This document shows, in pieces, positions 1 through 12,499 of a DNA stretch of 64,000 nucleotides. Origin of the DNA: Azolla caroliniana (lineage: Eukaryota; Plantae; Polypodiophyta); the NCBI GenBank assembly GCA_043228905.1, contig JBHGNT010000016.1, positions 16,740,001 to 16,804,000 on the forward strand. The letters run 5' to 3'. The notes under the pieces are model-generated. The model saw nothing but the letters and a program-made list of their open reading frames with translations. It did not search any database and was not told where the DNA came from. The position numbers and the translations under genes were made by a program. How positions within the stretch are numbered: the stretch's first letter is position 1; each line of letters begins with the position of its first letter.

Positions 1-299
1 CATTTTGGTGGGTCTTTAATGATGATACCCATTGGTCGAACTCATATAGGTTGCATCTCTTCAACTCTTTGTATCTATATGCCTTCATGAGATATCCTCC
101 GACCATCTCGTTTTACGTCGGGTTAACCAAAGATGTCGCGAAAATACGACGAAGATACGTGAACTCGAGGCAGGACCCCGGGGCCTCCGACCAGAGGATA
201 CCAGATTTGTATGTTTATGTTTTAAGAATTAATCGAAATGACAAAGTTTGATAATTTTCATTAGCAAAGAAAAATAAAGTTACAATCTATCCCGAAATT

Positions 300-1450
300 G
301 GGATTCCAAAAGTTTTAGCTCACGAAGATTAATAGAGTAATAGATTAGCAGAATAACGGAGATATGGTTTGGATAAGAAAATTAGGATTAGGGGTTCCTC
401 AAGAAATAGCTTCCGTAAGGAAATTAGGGTTTTTGTGAGAGATAGCTTCTGTAAGGAAATTAGGGTTTTTCCCAAAAGATGGCTTCCGTAAGGAAAATTA
501 TGGTTATTCCCCAAAAAAAATGCTTCGATCCCCTAAGGACTATTCGGCTCTATGGATCATTGAGGTAGCTTTTCTCCTTGCTTCTCACAATTGCATGGTG
601 GAACTCCAGTTTCCATCTTCAGTTCAATTGCATACATCCACATGATCTTTACTTTACATAAAGTTTGACTTTAGTTGCATGTGTTCACATGATCTTTACT
701 TTACATAAAGTTTGACTTTAGTTGCTTTACTTTACTTTACTTTACTTTAGTTTGCCACATGATCCGTCCGGTTGCATCCGGCCCGACCCATCCGCTCCAG
801 TTCCAGTTCTGTCCGGTCCGGTTCCGGTTCCGTCCAGCCCAGTTCCGTCGTCATCCTTTAGTCCAGCCCAATTCCGTCGCCATCCGTCAGTCTGGTCCAG
901 TTTCGGTTCTTTCCGGCCCGGTTCTAGTTCTGGTTCAGTCGTCGTCCATCAACCCGGTCCAGTTCTGTACAGCCCAATTCGGTCGCCCTCCGGTTCTGGT
1001 TCTATCCAATCCGGTTCTGTCACCGTCCTTCAGTCCAACCCGGTTCGATGGCCATCTGGTCCGATCTGGTTCTGTCTTTGTTCAGTCACCATCTGGTTCC
1101 GGTTCCATCGCCGATTCCGGCAACTTAGCCACATCCATCCATCAAGACAAAGTGGCCCAAGTTCAACCATTGCTTTTGTGCTCTCAACACATAGATAAAA
1201 ACTAATGGTTTTCAATCTGTTTATATAGCTGGATCCTAAAGTTTCCTATCTATGTGGGATATCTCACAATTTTGTTTTCCTCTTCTTCTCAAACTTCACA
1301 CACAGCTAACTTGATACTTGTTTGTTTATTTCATGTGTAGTAAAATGCGTTATGAAGCTCTTGAAGACATTTATCTTTTAATAACAAACCATGTAATCTT
1401 CAATAATTATTTTACTAGTTTTCATATCGTGTGTGAAGATCCACATGACA
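300..1450. repeat. Probable LTR or other repeat of unassigned family, with short tandem repeats and a CCGGTT-rich tract
   Basis: Repeated TTCCGTAAGGAAATTAGGGTTTT units (~370-510), a ~47-bp tandem duplication (~638-727), a CCGGTT/CCAGTT-rich tract (760-1120) and a TATA-like motif (~1222). It ends in CATGACA at 1450 where Gypsy gag sequence starts abruptly. Confidence 0.35.
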
Positions 1451-2620
1451 ACGTTCTTTTTGCTTCGTCTTCTGAAGGCACTCTTGTTAACTGACGCCAT
1501 AGATTTTGGAACCGTAAGTTGAATTCAACGACAAACTCCTATTGCAGCTGCAGAATAGTGTAAACATCGCCAATAATCTCACATTGCGGAATGCTTCGGT
1601 GGAAGAAGCGGAGAAACGTTGAGCTTAGTTCGTCGACGCAGGCCAAAGTTATGAGATCGATCTGGGAATGCCAATGGGCGGCGCGTCCGTCGAGGGTGAG
1701 GCCAAACTCCGCGATTTTGGATGCATGGGCTTTAGCTTTTGGCAGCCGTTGTGACAGATGGTTTGCGTTCCACACATTTAGAAACGATTGTATGTGGCCT
1801 TCGGCGTCGGTGTCTCCGCCGAAGCGGGGGTATGAAAAATCCATCGTCATAGACTGACTAGTGTTGAGGTAAATACTGTCGGCACGATGTGGGGAGGTTT
1901 GTGATGTGGTGGTGGTTTCACTATACTGGTGAAGTGGGGATAGGATGTCTTGCTGGGTACCGCTTTGCTCGGTGAGCGTCGACTCAAGTGTATTTTCCGA
2001 GAACGTCGGATGTAGTCGTTGAGGCATCGTTTTTGCACAGTGTGTTCCTCCACCTTGCGGGTTATGGATCTAGTCTACGGTCTATCCTAAGGGATTGGTT
2101 CACTAATGCGTCATCGGCTAAGCATCCATTCTTTGATTATCGGCTGTGAGAATCACAGATCACCAGGCGTGCCAAAAGTGTTACCGGCTAGGGTAAACAT
2201 GGCCTACCATGAGTTCTTCGGGGTACGCCTCAAGAAGATTGCAATGTAGAGAATGGAGGGTGTATACAGCCTATCACGGATAATTGTGAATGTATTACGT
2301 CACGTGGCGTAAGAGAGGTGAGAAGCGGTATTCGGGAGACGGCTACAACCGAGCTCCTTCACACAATACGTCACTTTTACACAAACACGCTTAAGCAATT
2401 ACCACACATAGGGGATACGTAAAAGAAGAGTACAGACACAATAATTCGGAAACAACACAACTATATTTCAGAGATTACCAAAAAAACTACGCTAGTTCTT
2501 ACAAGTTTCCCATGCCCTTTATATACAGGTTCATGGATGGTTACGCTTGGTGCGTGAACCGTTACAGACATTTACATTGCAAACTGCTTACTCATTATTA
2601 TGCTACACCTACCCTTCTTT
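1451..2620 (-). mobile_element. Gypsy LTR retrotransposon 5' fragment (LTR, PBS, gag), same family as the 11916-36867 element
   Basis: On minus: LTR end CCGGTAACA (2179), then cttt and PBS TGGCACGCCTGGTG (2174-2161). ORF 1539-2027 (FSYPRF...FLNVWNANH...FGLTLDGR) matches the gag ORF at 12501-12743. Confidence 0.8.
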
Positions 2621-5045
2621 TCTCCTTTCCCTACTAGGCTGACCTTGGCAGACAACATCGAATGGGACATTGCCAATGTGCCAAATTGGATGTGTAGTGT
2701 CTTCTTTGGTTTCGACATAGCCGGATCGATCCAGATCTTGAAGGTTTCAGAACCATTCCTGATAATATGTCATATGGTTCGAAGCATCCGAGTCGATGAA
2801 ACATACATCTTCCAGACTGGAGGTACTAGTTGAAGTAAAAGCCGACATAAAATTTTCTCTATGTCTCATTACGAACATTCTGCCATGGTCGTCATAGTCG
2901 GAGTTGGTGAGTTGTCGGCTTGCTTCTTCTTCGACACTCTTCTTGATGGTCGCTAATATTGCCACAATAGTTACAGCTAAGTGGCATTGTTTGTCGAACT
3001 TGTTTGGCATGGAAGCTCCCCTTTCTTCTGAAGGTTCCTTGATGGCTTCCCTCTTGTTGGCTGAATCTACCTCGTCTTGCTCAGTCGCGTCCTCTTCCTC
3101 CGTCCGAATGTGTGTAGAGCATGTTGCCTTCCGAGGCATTTCTCTTCGTTCAAACATGATTTTCTTCAACCAATAGCTTTGATTGAAGATCGACGGAGGG
3201 AGGATTCTCCCTTGCTAGAACGACGGTCCTCATTGTGCTGAACTATGAAAGTTAATATGCGGAAGCTTGAGACAAAACCGGCTCTACTGGGTAGCAACAG
3301 AATATTGAGAAGAAAGTTTTATAGGTTTAATGGAGGCCTTACACGGGAGAGACAGAAAGAGCAGAAAGCATAAAACTAATTCAAGATAACAACTCTTTGT
3401 ACATAGAATGTGCTCAGAGAGGAATTTTATACAAGTCCATAAAAGACTGACATGTACTTCAATGCTCATACAAGCGACTCACACTGACTCCCAAAAATAT
3501 TCCTACGTACTAGGCTAGATCCGTAGGCCTCTAACGGACTACTGGTTTCAATCCGATCCAGCTCCTGGTTCTGGATACCGATCCGGCTCTGCCTTATTTA
3601 ACCGATCTGGATCCGGTTGAGCTTGATTGCTCAACACTCTCCCTCAAGCTCAACTTGAGGTCGGATCGTGGTGTTAGTATCTATGGTAGCCAGTTCTTCC
3701 GTCTGATTCCTTTTGGCATCCTCCCGCCTCGCTCCTCGACCTTCTTGGTCGACATGTCTGCTCAACAGGCCCTTCTCAGCTTTCTTGCTGTTGTGACTCT
3801 AGCGCTTGTCGACCCTCCTATTCCTCCATGTTGGCATCAACTTCCATTGCCTTCTCGTTTGCTTGGCCTTTAGTTGATCTGAATCATCCGATTCAAAGTG
3901 TTGAACCGAATCAGATGCCTCCGATTCGTTCTAGATCTTGTCCAAGTTGGTCGTCTCCAACTCGTCTTCCATTTTTAGGCCTTTAACAACATCGGACCAT
4001 GACCGAGTCTTGGCCTTCTCCATCCGATTAGCTCTATCCTTTTTGACTCTACTGCCCCCACCACTTGTTTCGACTTGTTCGGATATGTCGACTCTTCCAG
4101 TAGACTCGGCTTCCTTTTTCTTCTTATCTCCCCCTGTTTTGGTTCCTTCCTCTTTCTCTCCGGATCCTTTTCAAATGCCATTGCTTGTTTCCATTCCCGT
4201 TCTCCCCATCATGTGCAGCATGTCGAGTTGCTAAATCTCAAGCATCTCCGAAAAGTGCTGCAACTTTTCTGATTCGAGCGGCTTGGTAAAGATGTCATCA
4301 ACCTGCCGATCCGTGTGAACATACCGAAGTTCAACTTCACCACTCAGGACCCACTCATGGGCAAAGTGATAATGTAGTTCTATGTGCTTTGTCGGAGCAT
4401 GGGATACAGGGTTCTTAGCGAGTTGTATGTTGCTTACATTGTCGCAATAGATCAAGATCAGGGTCGGCACCTCGATCCGAAGGTCTCACAGCAGTCGCCA
4501 AAGATAGACGGCTTCATAGGTGGCAATGGTAGCGCCCCGGTATTCAGCCTCAGTGCTCGAAAGAGCCATTATTGGCTTCTTTTTTGCTGCTCCATGCAAT
4601 AGCCGCGTTACCAAGAGAGAACATATAATTGGACGTGGATCAACGATCTGATGCATCACCGGCCTTGTCGGCATCCATTTATCCGACTAGCGTTTCAGCT
4701 ATACCATTCCCGTAAAATAACCCCTTATCTTTAGTGTTGGTAACGTATCGGACCGTCCAAACTTTTCTGGATCAACAACGAAGAGTCGTACTTTGAGCAC
4801 ACAAACCCCATCTTACGCAACCGCTATGTGATTTTCACATTCAAGCTCAAGGGGCTTACTTCAGGCCGTAAAGCAACTTTTTGAGTTGGCACACTATCGA
4901 CTTGTTCATCTCCGATTGAAAACCGAGGGGTTGGATCATATAGACCTGTTTTTCAAGATCACCTTGATGAAACGTATTCTTCACATCCATCTGATGAAGA
5001 TGCCACCTCCTTGCCGCAACAACCGCCAGCACCACACAAACCATC
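2620..5045 (-). mobile_element. Degenerate Copia fragments: RT/RNase H, 3' region, LTR (3246-3636), then gag/protease remnant
   Basis: QMDVKNTF (4856-5137), LSSTEAEY (4486-4674), YCDN...TKHIELHYH (4231-4470). PPT at 3637-3645 precedes TGTTGAG. Protease motif FIDSDASNHMT in ORF 2747-3169. Confidence 0.8.
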
Positions 5046-8030
5046 TGTTGAGAAATCGTTTCGGAATTTAAATCACAATGAACAGACAATAGTGAAATAC
5101 GAATCACAAAAGAAAAACAAGATAGACAACTATGCACAGAGATTTATGTCGAAACCCTAAAACAGGAGAAAACAACGGGAATAGATCTTCACCATGAATA
5201 GTGGATATACAACACTGAGAGGGTTACAACACTCTGTCGTGTATCAGCCACGCAGGGCTCTTCACATCTGTTGTTACTCACACAGCTATGGCGCGGCACA
5301 CACTTCTATCTCACGCTCACAGTTATGTTCTCTTCTATTCTACATCTTATATTTTGACCTAGTTGCATATGTACTTACACAACTTTCTGGCTATTTACAT
5401 ACCTAGCCCTCACGTGGCGCACATTGAGACTATTTACAAGTATAGTCTTCCGAGTTGGCTATATACACGATTCGTGTTAGTATCTATGGTAGCCGGTTCT
5501 TCCGTCCGATTCCTTTTGGCATCCTCCCACCTCGCTCGCGCTGCTCGTCCAGTCCATTTGTTCCTTCCACAACTTGTTTGGTTCTGCGCTCCTCGACCTT
5601 CTTGGTCGACATGTCTGCTCAACAGGCCCTTCTCAGCGTCCTTGCTATTGTGACTTTGGCGCTTGTCGACCCTCCTGTTCCTCCATGAGTTTAGGGTTTG
5701 GGGTTTACAATTACAGTCTCCCGAGTTGGCTATTTACAATTATAGTCCCTCATCAACTCGGCTCCTCTCTCTCCCCATCCGGAGTGACCTGTTTCCTAAC
5801 ATCATCATTATTATTACCATAATAATAATAACAGTCGAATCACTGTTTTCGACCCTTTGACAATCGTCTTTCCAAACAGTCGGCTCTTCCTCCCACTGGA
5901 GGGACATATTCCCAACAAACTCCCCCTTCACACCTGTGGGAGGAAATCTGTCAGTCCTGTATTCTGTCGATTGACTCTGAGTCTGTCCGTAGGTAGGTTC
6001 TTTGTTAGCATGTCGGATCCATTATCATCAGTATGGATCTTCACAAGAGCAAACTCTCCATCTTCGACTCTCTCCCGCAACCAGTGATACCTTCTCTGTA
6101 TGTGCTTGGTCCAGGAGTGGTATGTCGTGTTCTTGGCTAGGTGTATGGCACTTTGGCTGTCATAGTGAAGCAAGAACTCCTTTTTCTTCATGCCTAGTTC
6201 AGTGAGAAAATTTCTCATCCAGATCAACTCTTTTCCGGCTTCTACCGCTGCCATATACTCTGCCTTTGTAGTCGATAAAGCTATAGACTTCCATAGTCGT
6301 GATTGCCACGACACTCCTCCCCTTGAATAGGTCATCACATACCCTGAGATGGATCGGCTTGAGTCAACATCTCCTAACATGTTCAAATCGGTAAAACCTT
6401 CCAACACAGGTTTTCCGAGGTGCCTTTCAGGTACCTGAGTATCCACTTCATTGTTGCCTAGTGCTCTCTGCCTGGATTACTCATATATCGGCTTACTACT
6501 CCTATAGCAAATGCTATGTCCGATCTCATACAGACCATAGCATACATTAGACTGCCAACGGCCGAGGCATATGGTACCTTCCTCATCTTGGCCTTCTCCT
6601 TCTCCCCTCTCGGGCACTGCTTCGCATTTAACCTGTAGTTTGTTAGTAACACTGAGCCAACCGGCTTTGCGTCCAACATGTTGAATCTCTCTAAGATCTT
6701 CGTCACATACTTCTTTTGTGACAACCACAACACCTTTTGAGTTCTGTCTCGAACTATGTGCATTCCTAGGATTTGCTTTGCCGGTCCAAGGTCTTTCATG
6801 GCAAATGATTTGCCGAGAGCTTTCTTCAAGCTGCCAATCTTCCTTGTGTCTTGACCAACTATCAACATGTCATCAACATATAATAAGAGAATCAAGAAGT
6901 CTCCTTCTTCATACCTTTTTACGAACACACAGTTATCAGCCTGTGTTTTTTGGAACCGGTGTTCCATCATGAAGGACTCGAACTTCTTGTACCATTGGCG
7001 TGGTGCTTGTTTTAGTCCGTAAAAGCTTTCCCTCAGTCGACACACCAGATTCTCTTTCCCTTTCTCCTCAAAGCCTCGGGCTGCTGCATGTAGATCTCTT
7101 CCTCTAGCTCCCTATGCAGAAATGCGGTTTTTACATCCAACTATTCGATCTCCAGGTCCATACTGGCTGCTATGCTCAGAATAATTCGTATGGATGTCAT
7201 CTTCAAAACTGGTGCGAATATTTCGTCAAAGTCGATGCCCTTCCTCTGTTGGAAACCCTTTACCACTATGCAGGCTTTTTACCTGGGCTCGCTATCGACT
7301 TCCCCAGTCTTCACCTTGTAGACCCATTTATTCATGAGTGCTCTCTTACCTTTCGACAGCTCTACTAGGTCGTAGGTGTAATTTGCGTGCAAGGATTCTA
7401 TCTCCTCTTGCATCGCGTTCAACCATTTTTCTCTGCTCTCGTCGGCCATGGCTTCTTTATAGCGCTCCGATTCACCGTCATCAGTCAAGAGGATGTATTG
7501 ACTGGCATATGTAGTTGGTGCTTTCCTTTCTCTGAGTGGGTATCTTCTTCCACTCATTGTTGGCTCTCTTTCGGATGTCTCCACCAACTCTTCCCTCGGC
7601 TCGGGATTCTGCTCATCAATTGACATCTCCAGGTTGGAAAATTCCAACTCATATTCCTCAATTGATTTCAGCAGATCTGCCGACTCTGACTCATGGTCTA
7701 TCGGTTTGACTCGTGATCTTCTTACAGTTGCCGGTGACAACACATTTAGCCTTAAGTCGATGGTAGTCGAGGTTGACTAGGGAGTCGGTTCCAACTTCTA
7801 TTGCTTCCAGTCTTCAATTGTCTTATCTTCAAGAAAGACGATGTCCCGACTTCTCAGTACCTTCTTGTTGACTATGTCCCACAACCTATAGCCAAATTCA
7901 TGTCCCGAGTATCCCATGAATATGCATGCTTTCGACTTGCTGTCGAGCTTTGACCTGTGATCCTTTGGTACATGCATATATGCCAAACATCCAAACACCC
8001 TCAGGTGTTGGTAGGAGACATCCTTCCCTA
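5046..8030 (-). mobile_element. Copia 3' half: integrase C-terminus, RT, RNase H, PPT, 3' LTR (5046-5917); degenerate
   Basis: ORFs 7798-8118 (HLRVFGC...SKLDSK), 6458-7045 (YGLKQAPRQW, LLYVDDM) and 5928-6446 (RNase H, TKHIQRRYHW). PPT GAAGGGGGAG precedes TGTTGGG at 5917 on minus. Confidence 0.85.
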
Positions 8031-8034
8031 TCAC

Positions 8035-8800
8035 AAGTGGATCAATAGAGCAGATATACCCAGAGGGGGTATTGGAGTTAGAATGGAAAATCCTTAATAG
8101 AAAGGCGGTGGCCACCATCTGACAGTGTGTCGATGTAACTGTCCTTCAACAGGTGGTGAACAACATGAATGCCCATGAGATGTGGCAAAAGCTATCAGGT
8201 CTGTACGAGATGAAGAACAACCTCAATAAAACCTCATTGATGAGAAAGATCATAAGGCTGAAATACAGAGATGGTGAGAGCATCGTCGAACACATCAGCA
8301 CATTCATGGGTTATGTAAATCAACTGGCTACAAGAAAGTTTCCCCTGGATGATGCAATGCAGGCCATCCTGCTGTTGTGTACCCTGTCGAATAGCTAGGA
8401 GAATCTAGTGGTGACTCTCAGCGCCTTGTGTCAAGAGGAGAACTTGTCTCTTCAAGCCGTGAAGACAAGTATCTTGAAGGAGGAGACAAGGAGGAAGTAC
8501 AAGGGTGTCCTATCTCAAACAAATGCGAATGTGACACAACATTCGGACAGAGGAACGAACCGGTGAAGAAGTCCACAACGAATGGACAAATCCCACGCTA
8601 GATCAAAGTCCAGAGGTAAGCAAACATGTTATTATTGTGGAAATCCTGGGCATTTCCCGAAGGACTGCGGACACATGAGGAAGGGCAGAGGTGTCGGTAA
8701 TGGTGTTGAACCTAGGAAGATTCCTGATGAAATGAACACTTCGGCCATTGCTACGAGCATTGAAGAACTTCTGTTCATCTGTGAACAGACAAGTGCAATT
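8035..8800 (+). mobile_element. Copia gag remnant (capsid and CCHC zinc knuckle) with stop codons
   Basis: ORF 8153-8398 is closely similar to the gag of the 32163-36236 polyprotein; ORF 8582-8917 contains CYYCGNPGHFPKDC. Confidence 0.85.
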
Positions 8801-9099
8801 CTAAGGAGATTTGCTGAAGATCCCCCATCAACCGTTGGTTTTCTTGTTCCAAAGCATGGAACTTCTCCTTCAAGCATTGAAATTCCGAGAAAACAGATTG
8901 ATATTCTTCAGCACTAACAGTGGCCATGGGATGAAAGAAAAGAGGAATAAAAGATTAGTAGGAAATGAGAGAGAAAGAAGGTAGGTAAAATTGGTTCAAA
9001 CTGTCATGAACAGTACTGAGACAGAGAAGGAATTAGTACTAAACGAAGGATTAGTACTACGAGAGGTGTGAACTTCTTCGAGAGAAGGGAGAAGTGAGT

Positions 9100-9102
<3 letters not shown>

Positions 9103-9142
<40 letters not shown>
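9103..9142 (+). repeat. (GA)n microsatellite
   Basis: Direct inspection. Confidence 0.9.
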
Positions 9143-9145
<3 letters not shown>

Positions 9146-9367
9146 TGATAAGAAAGATATTTATTATATGAAGAAAATATACGACGGCGGCTAAAAGGCT
9201 TAAGACTGGCGTTGAACCAATTTGGTTCAACATAATGCCTAGTGCCCTCTTTTATAGTGTTTTCAGGAGTAATCCTGAAGCTTCTAGAATGTTCCAGAGA
9301 AATCTGGAATATACACTAATTTCCTATAATAAAATGTACATGAAAATAATATCCTACGTATTACAAT

Positions 9368-9430
9368 AGATGGTCTAATGGTCAAGAGCTCGACCCATAT
9401 AACCCAAGGTCATGGGTTCGAGTCTTGCCA
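9368..9430 (+). other. tRNA-derived segment (SINE head or tRNA pseudogene)
   Basis: Pol III A-box-like TGGTCTAATGG (9371-9381) and B-box GGTTCGAGTC (9415-9424) at tRNA-like spacing; no convincing full cloverleaf. Confidence 0.45.
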
Positions 9431-9440
9431 TATCATGACA

Positions 9441-11528
9441 GGTACATGGTACAAACCCCCGGATTTCTATCTGAACAGAACACTTCGGCAATCTGCCGAT
9501 TGAAGGGGGCGTTATACGGACTTAAGCAAGCCCCGCGAGCTTGGAACACAAAGATTATGCAACAATTGCATAGAATGGGGTTTACGACGTCCAAATCGAA
9601 CTCTTGATTGTTCACTCGCCAAGGTCGACATGGACTGGTCTGTCTTTTACTTTATGTTGATGATTTAGTCATCGCCGATGCCGACCTAGAAGAAATCGGC
9701 CACGTCAAGTCTCACCTCGTGGCATCTTTTGAAATGAAGGATCTTGGAGACCTTCATTACTTCCTCGGGGTCTAAGTGATCCGTTCCACCGAATGCATAT
9801 TGATCAGTCAGCGTTATTACGCGCTGAATATGCTCTTCAAGTTCGGGATTGCCAATTGTAAGCACATCTCGACCCCTCTGGATAGAAACATAAAGTTTCG
9901 TCGTGATTCGGGAAAGGCGTGTGACCTGACATGGTTTCGACAAATTGTCGGAAGCCTCATCTACTTGGCGATCACTCGGTCGGACCTCAGCTATCCGGTC
10001 AGAATGATTAGTCAATTTATGTCGCAGCCCATGACCGAACACCTTCAGTGCTCGCAAAGAATATTACGATATGTCAGCGGCACGAAAGACATGGCGTTGT
10101 TGTATCGTAGAGGCATAGACGAACAGTTAGTTGGCTACACGGATGCCGATTGGGCTGGAAATGCCCACAATCGTAGATCTGAATACGCCTCCTCATTGGG
10201 AAGTGTGGCGATCGCGTGGAGCAATAAAAAGCAACCGATAGTGGCACTGTCAAGCACGGAGGCCGAATATGGAAGGGCAACTGTCGATACGTGCGAAGTC
10301 ATTTGGCTAAAACGGTTATTACGGGATCTACATTTGGCTAATCCAACGATGATCTATTGCGACAACCTCAGCAGTACCCACCTTGCAAAGAACCCTATAT
10401 TCCACACTCGGACCAAGCACATTGAGGTGCACTACCACTTCGTCCGCGAGCATGTCCTTTCTGGTAAAGTCGAACCGGCGTATGTTCCGACGGGTTAGCA
10501 AATTGCCGACATCTTCACCAAGTCCCTTGGTCTCAACAAGTTACAACATTTCCTGGGTGAGCTGGGTTTGTGTCACCTCGATACACCGAACTTGAGGGGG
10601 AGACAGGAACAGGAACAAGAGCGTGAAAGGAGTTGTAGTGACCGTGATGCTGAATCAAATGAAGAATTCGATTTCAGGCCTACTAAAGAAGCCGAAGACA
10701 ACCGAAGACAACTGAAAAAAAGGGAAATACAGCCAAGAAGGGCGTAAAGGTCAAGACCAAGACGTGGTCTGATGTTGTCAACGGCCTAAAGACAGAAGAG
10801 GAATTGGAAACAGCCAATTCGGGCGAAAGTGGAATTGAATCGGAAGTGTCTGATTTAATCAAAATGTTCGATTTGGACATTACGAATCGACTGTGGGCCA
10901 AGCGGAGGAAAGGGCCATGAAAGAGGCGCCAACACCGCGACAACAAGGGAGCTGATAAGGGCCGCATGAGTAGACAAGCCGATCGGAAGGGTCGAAGCGC
11001 ATGGAATCGAACAGGTCGAGGAGCGCGACCGAGGCGTGAAGCCAAGAGAGGCCGGAGTGAAGATCCGGAAAAGCATATGGTGCCTCAAGTTGAGCTTGAG
11101 GGGGAGTGTTGAGAGACAAGCTCAACATTGGGTGTGTAAACGGGTGCGTAACCTAGTACGTAGACTAGGTGCGTAAAACCGTACGCAAAATATGGCCATG
11201 GCGGTGTTTAAACCGAAAGGCCGTTAGAACATTATTCCTCATAAGGAATAGTTTTGGGAGTTAGTGTAGAAGGCTCATTTATGAACGGTCAAGTACTGTC
11301 AGTACTTGTGTCAGCCTGATAGTCAGGGCTTTTATAAAAGGCGCTCACTAAGCACGAAACATGTACAGAGAACATACAAAGAATCATTTTTTAATATAGT
11401 TAGGTGTTTCTAATCTCTCTCTGTCCCTCTCTTTCTCTATGATTTCTGCAGTTTACCGAACTGTCATACTTCCGAACCGTGCACTCTGTGTTCTTACGCA
11501 TACGCTTCCGCACACGTATTCTTTTACA
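9441..11528 (+). mobile_element. Copia 3' half: RT, RNase H, ~500-bp extension, PPT, 3' LTR (11107-11528)
   Basis: YGLKQAPRAW (ORF 9425-9607), YTDADWAG, LSSTEAEY and TKHIEVHYH (ORF 9776-10498). GAGGGGGAG precedes TGTTGAG at 11107; the LTR ends TTTTACA. Confidence 0.85.
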
Positions 11529-11915
11529 CGAAGGATCAGAGGTCGAAGCTCGATAGTAAGTCGAAATCATGCATATTCATGGGATACTCGGAAGATGAGT
11601 TCGGCTATGGGCTATGGGACCTAGTCGATAAGAAAGTTGTGAGAAGTCAGGACATTGTCTTCTTGGAAGACAATACAATTGAGAACTGGAAGCAAAAAAA
11701 ATCGGAATCGATTACCCAGTAAACCTCAACTACCATCAACTTGAGGTCAAGTGAACCTACATAGCTGACTGTTCAGAGACAACCAGTTGACACACCCAAA
11801 TCCGAGCCGGCCGACTCTAAGAGACCAACCGAATATGAGTCTGAGTTGGCAGAGCTGCTAGGGTCAATCGAGGAATATGAGTTGGAGTCATTCAACTTGG
11901 AGATGCCAATTGACT
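11529..11915 (+). mobile_element. Host Copia integrase C-terminal segment, continued at 36868
   Basis: Translates KDQRSKLDSK...IEEYELESFNLEMPID, colinear with the minus-strand copy at 7279-8030. The downstream motif YASQ.ILL.D resumes at 36868. Confidence 0.8.
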
Positions 11916-12499
11916 GTGCATAGAGCGTATCTTAATAGAGTTTTATCTTCTTTGATCTCTTGTGCAAATCTATGGTTAATCTACTGTGTGTCTGTGATTC
12001 TTGGTGGCGTAGTGTAAGCACTATAATCGTAAAAAGCGTAGGCGTGAGTGCGAGTGTTGTGACTAGTGCACTGTCTAGGGAGTTCAGTTGTAGCCGTCTC
12101 TCTTATACACTACTAGGATACGGAGACTTATCTTGTTATGTATTATGGTACGACGGTACCATTCGTGGCAACGCAGTCACCTTGAGGTCTAGGTCGAAGG
12201 ACTGACTAAAGACCGTGTTCCTAATCGGTAACACTTTTGGCACGCTTGGTGATATGTGTCTTCTCAGAGACGAACAACGACGAATGGATGTTTAGCCACA
12301 GACGTCCCAGAGAACCAACATGACAAGACCGACCAATCACAAGGTCCATCACACGCCAGGCAGAGGAATGCGCACGGCAAAAACCTCGCCTTAGTGACCT
12401 CAGTGATACCTGTCGGGACCACAAAGATGACTTCCCGCTCACCAAATACCCCAGCAACAGACAAAAAGTTCGCTCACCCCACAAGCACCGTGGTCCTTC

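Noticed and set aside
722-1205. Pro/Ser-rich ORFs of 148-158 aa
   Set aside because: Low-complexity CCGGTT-rich DNA open in several frames; no recognisable domain.
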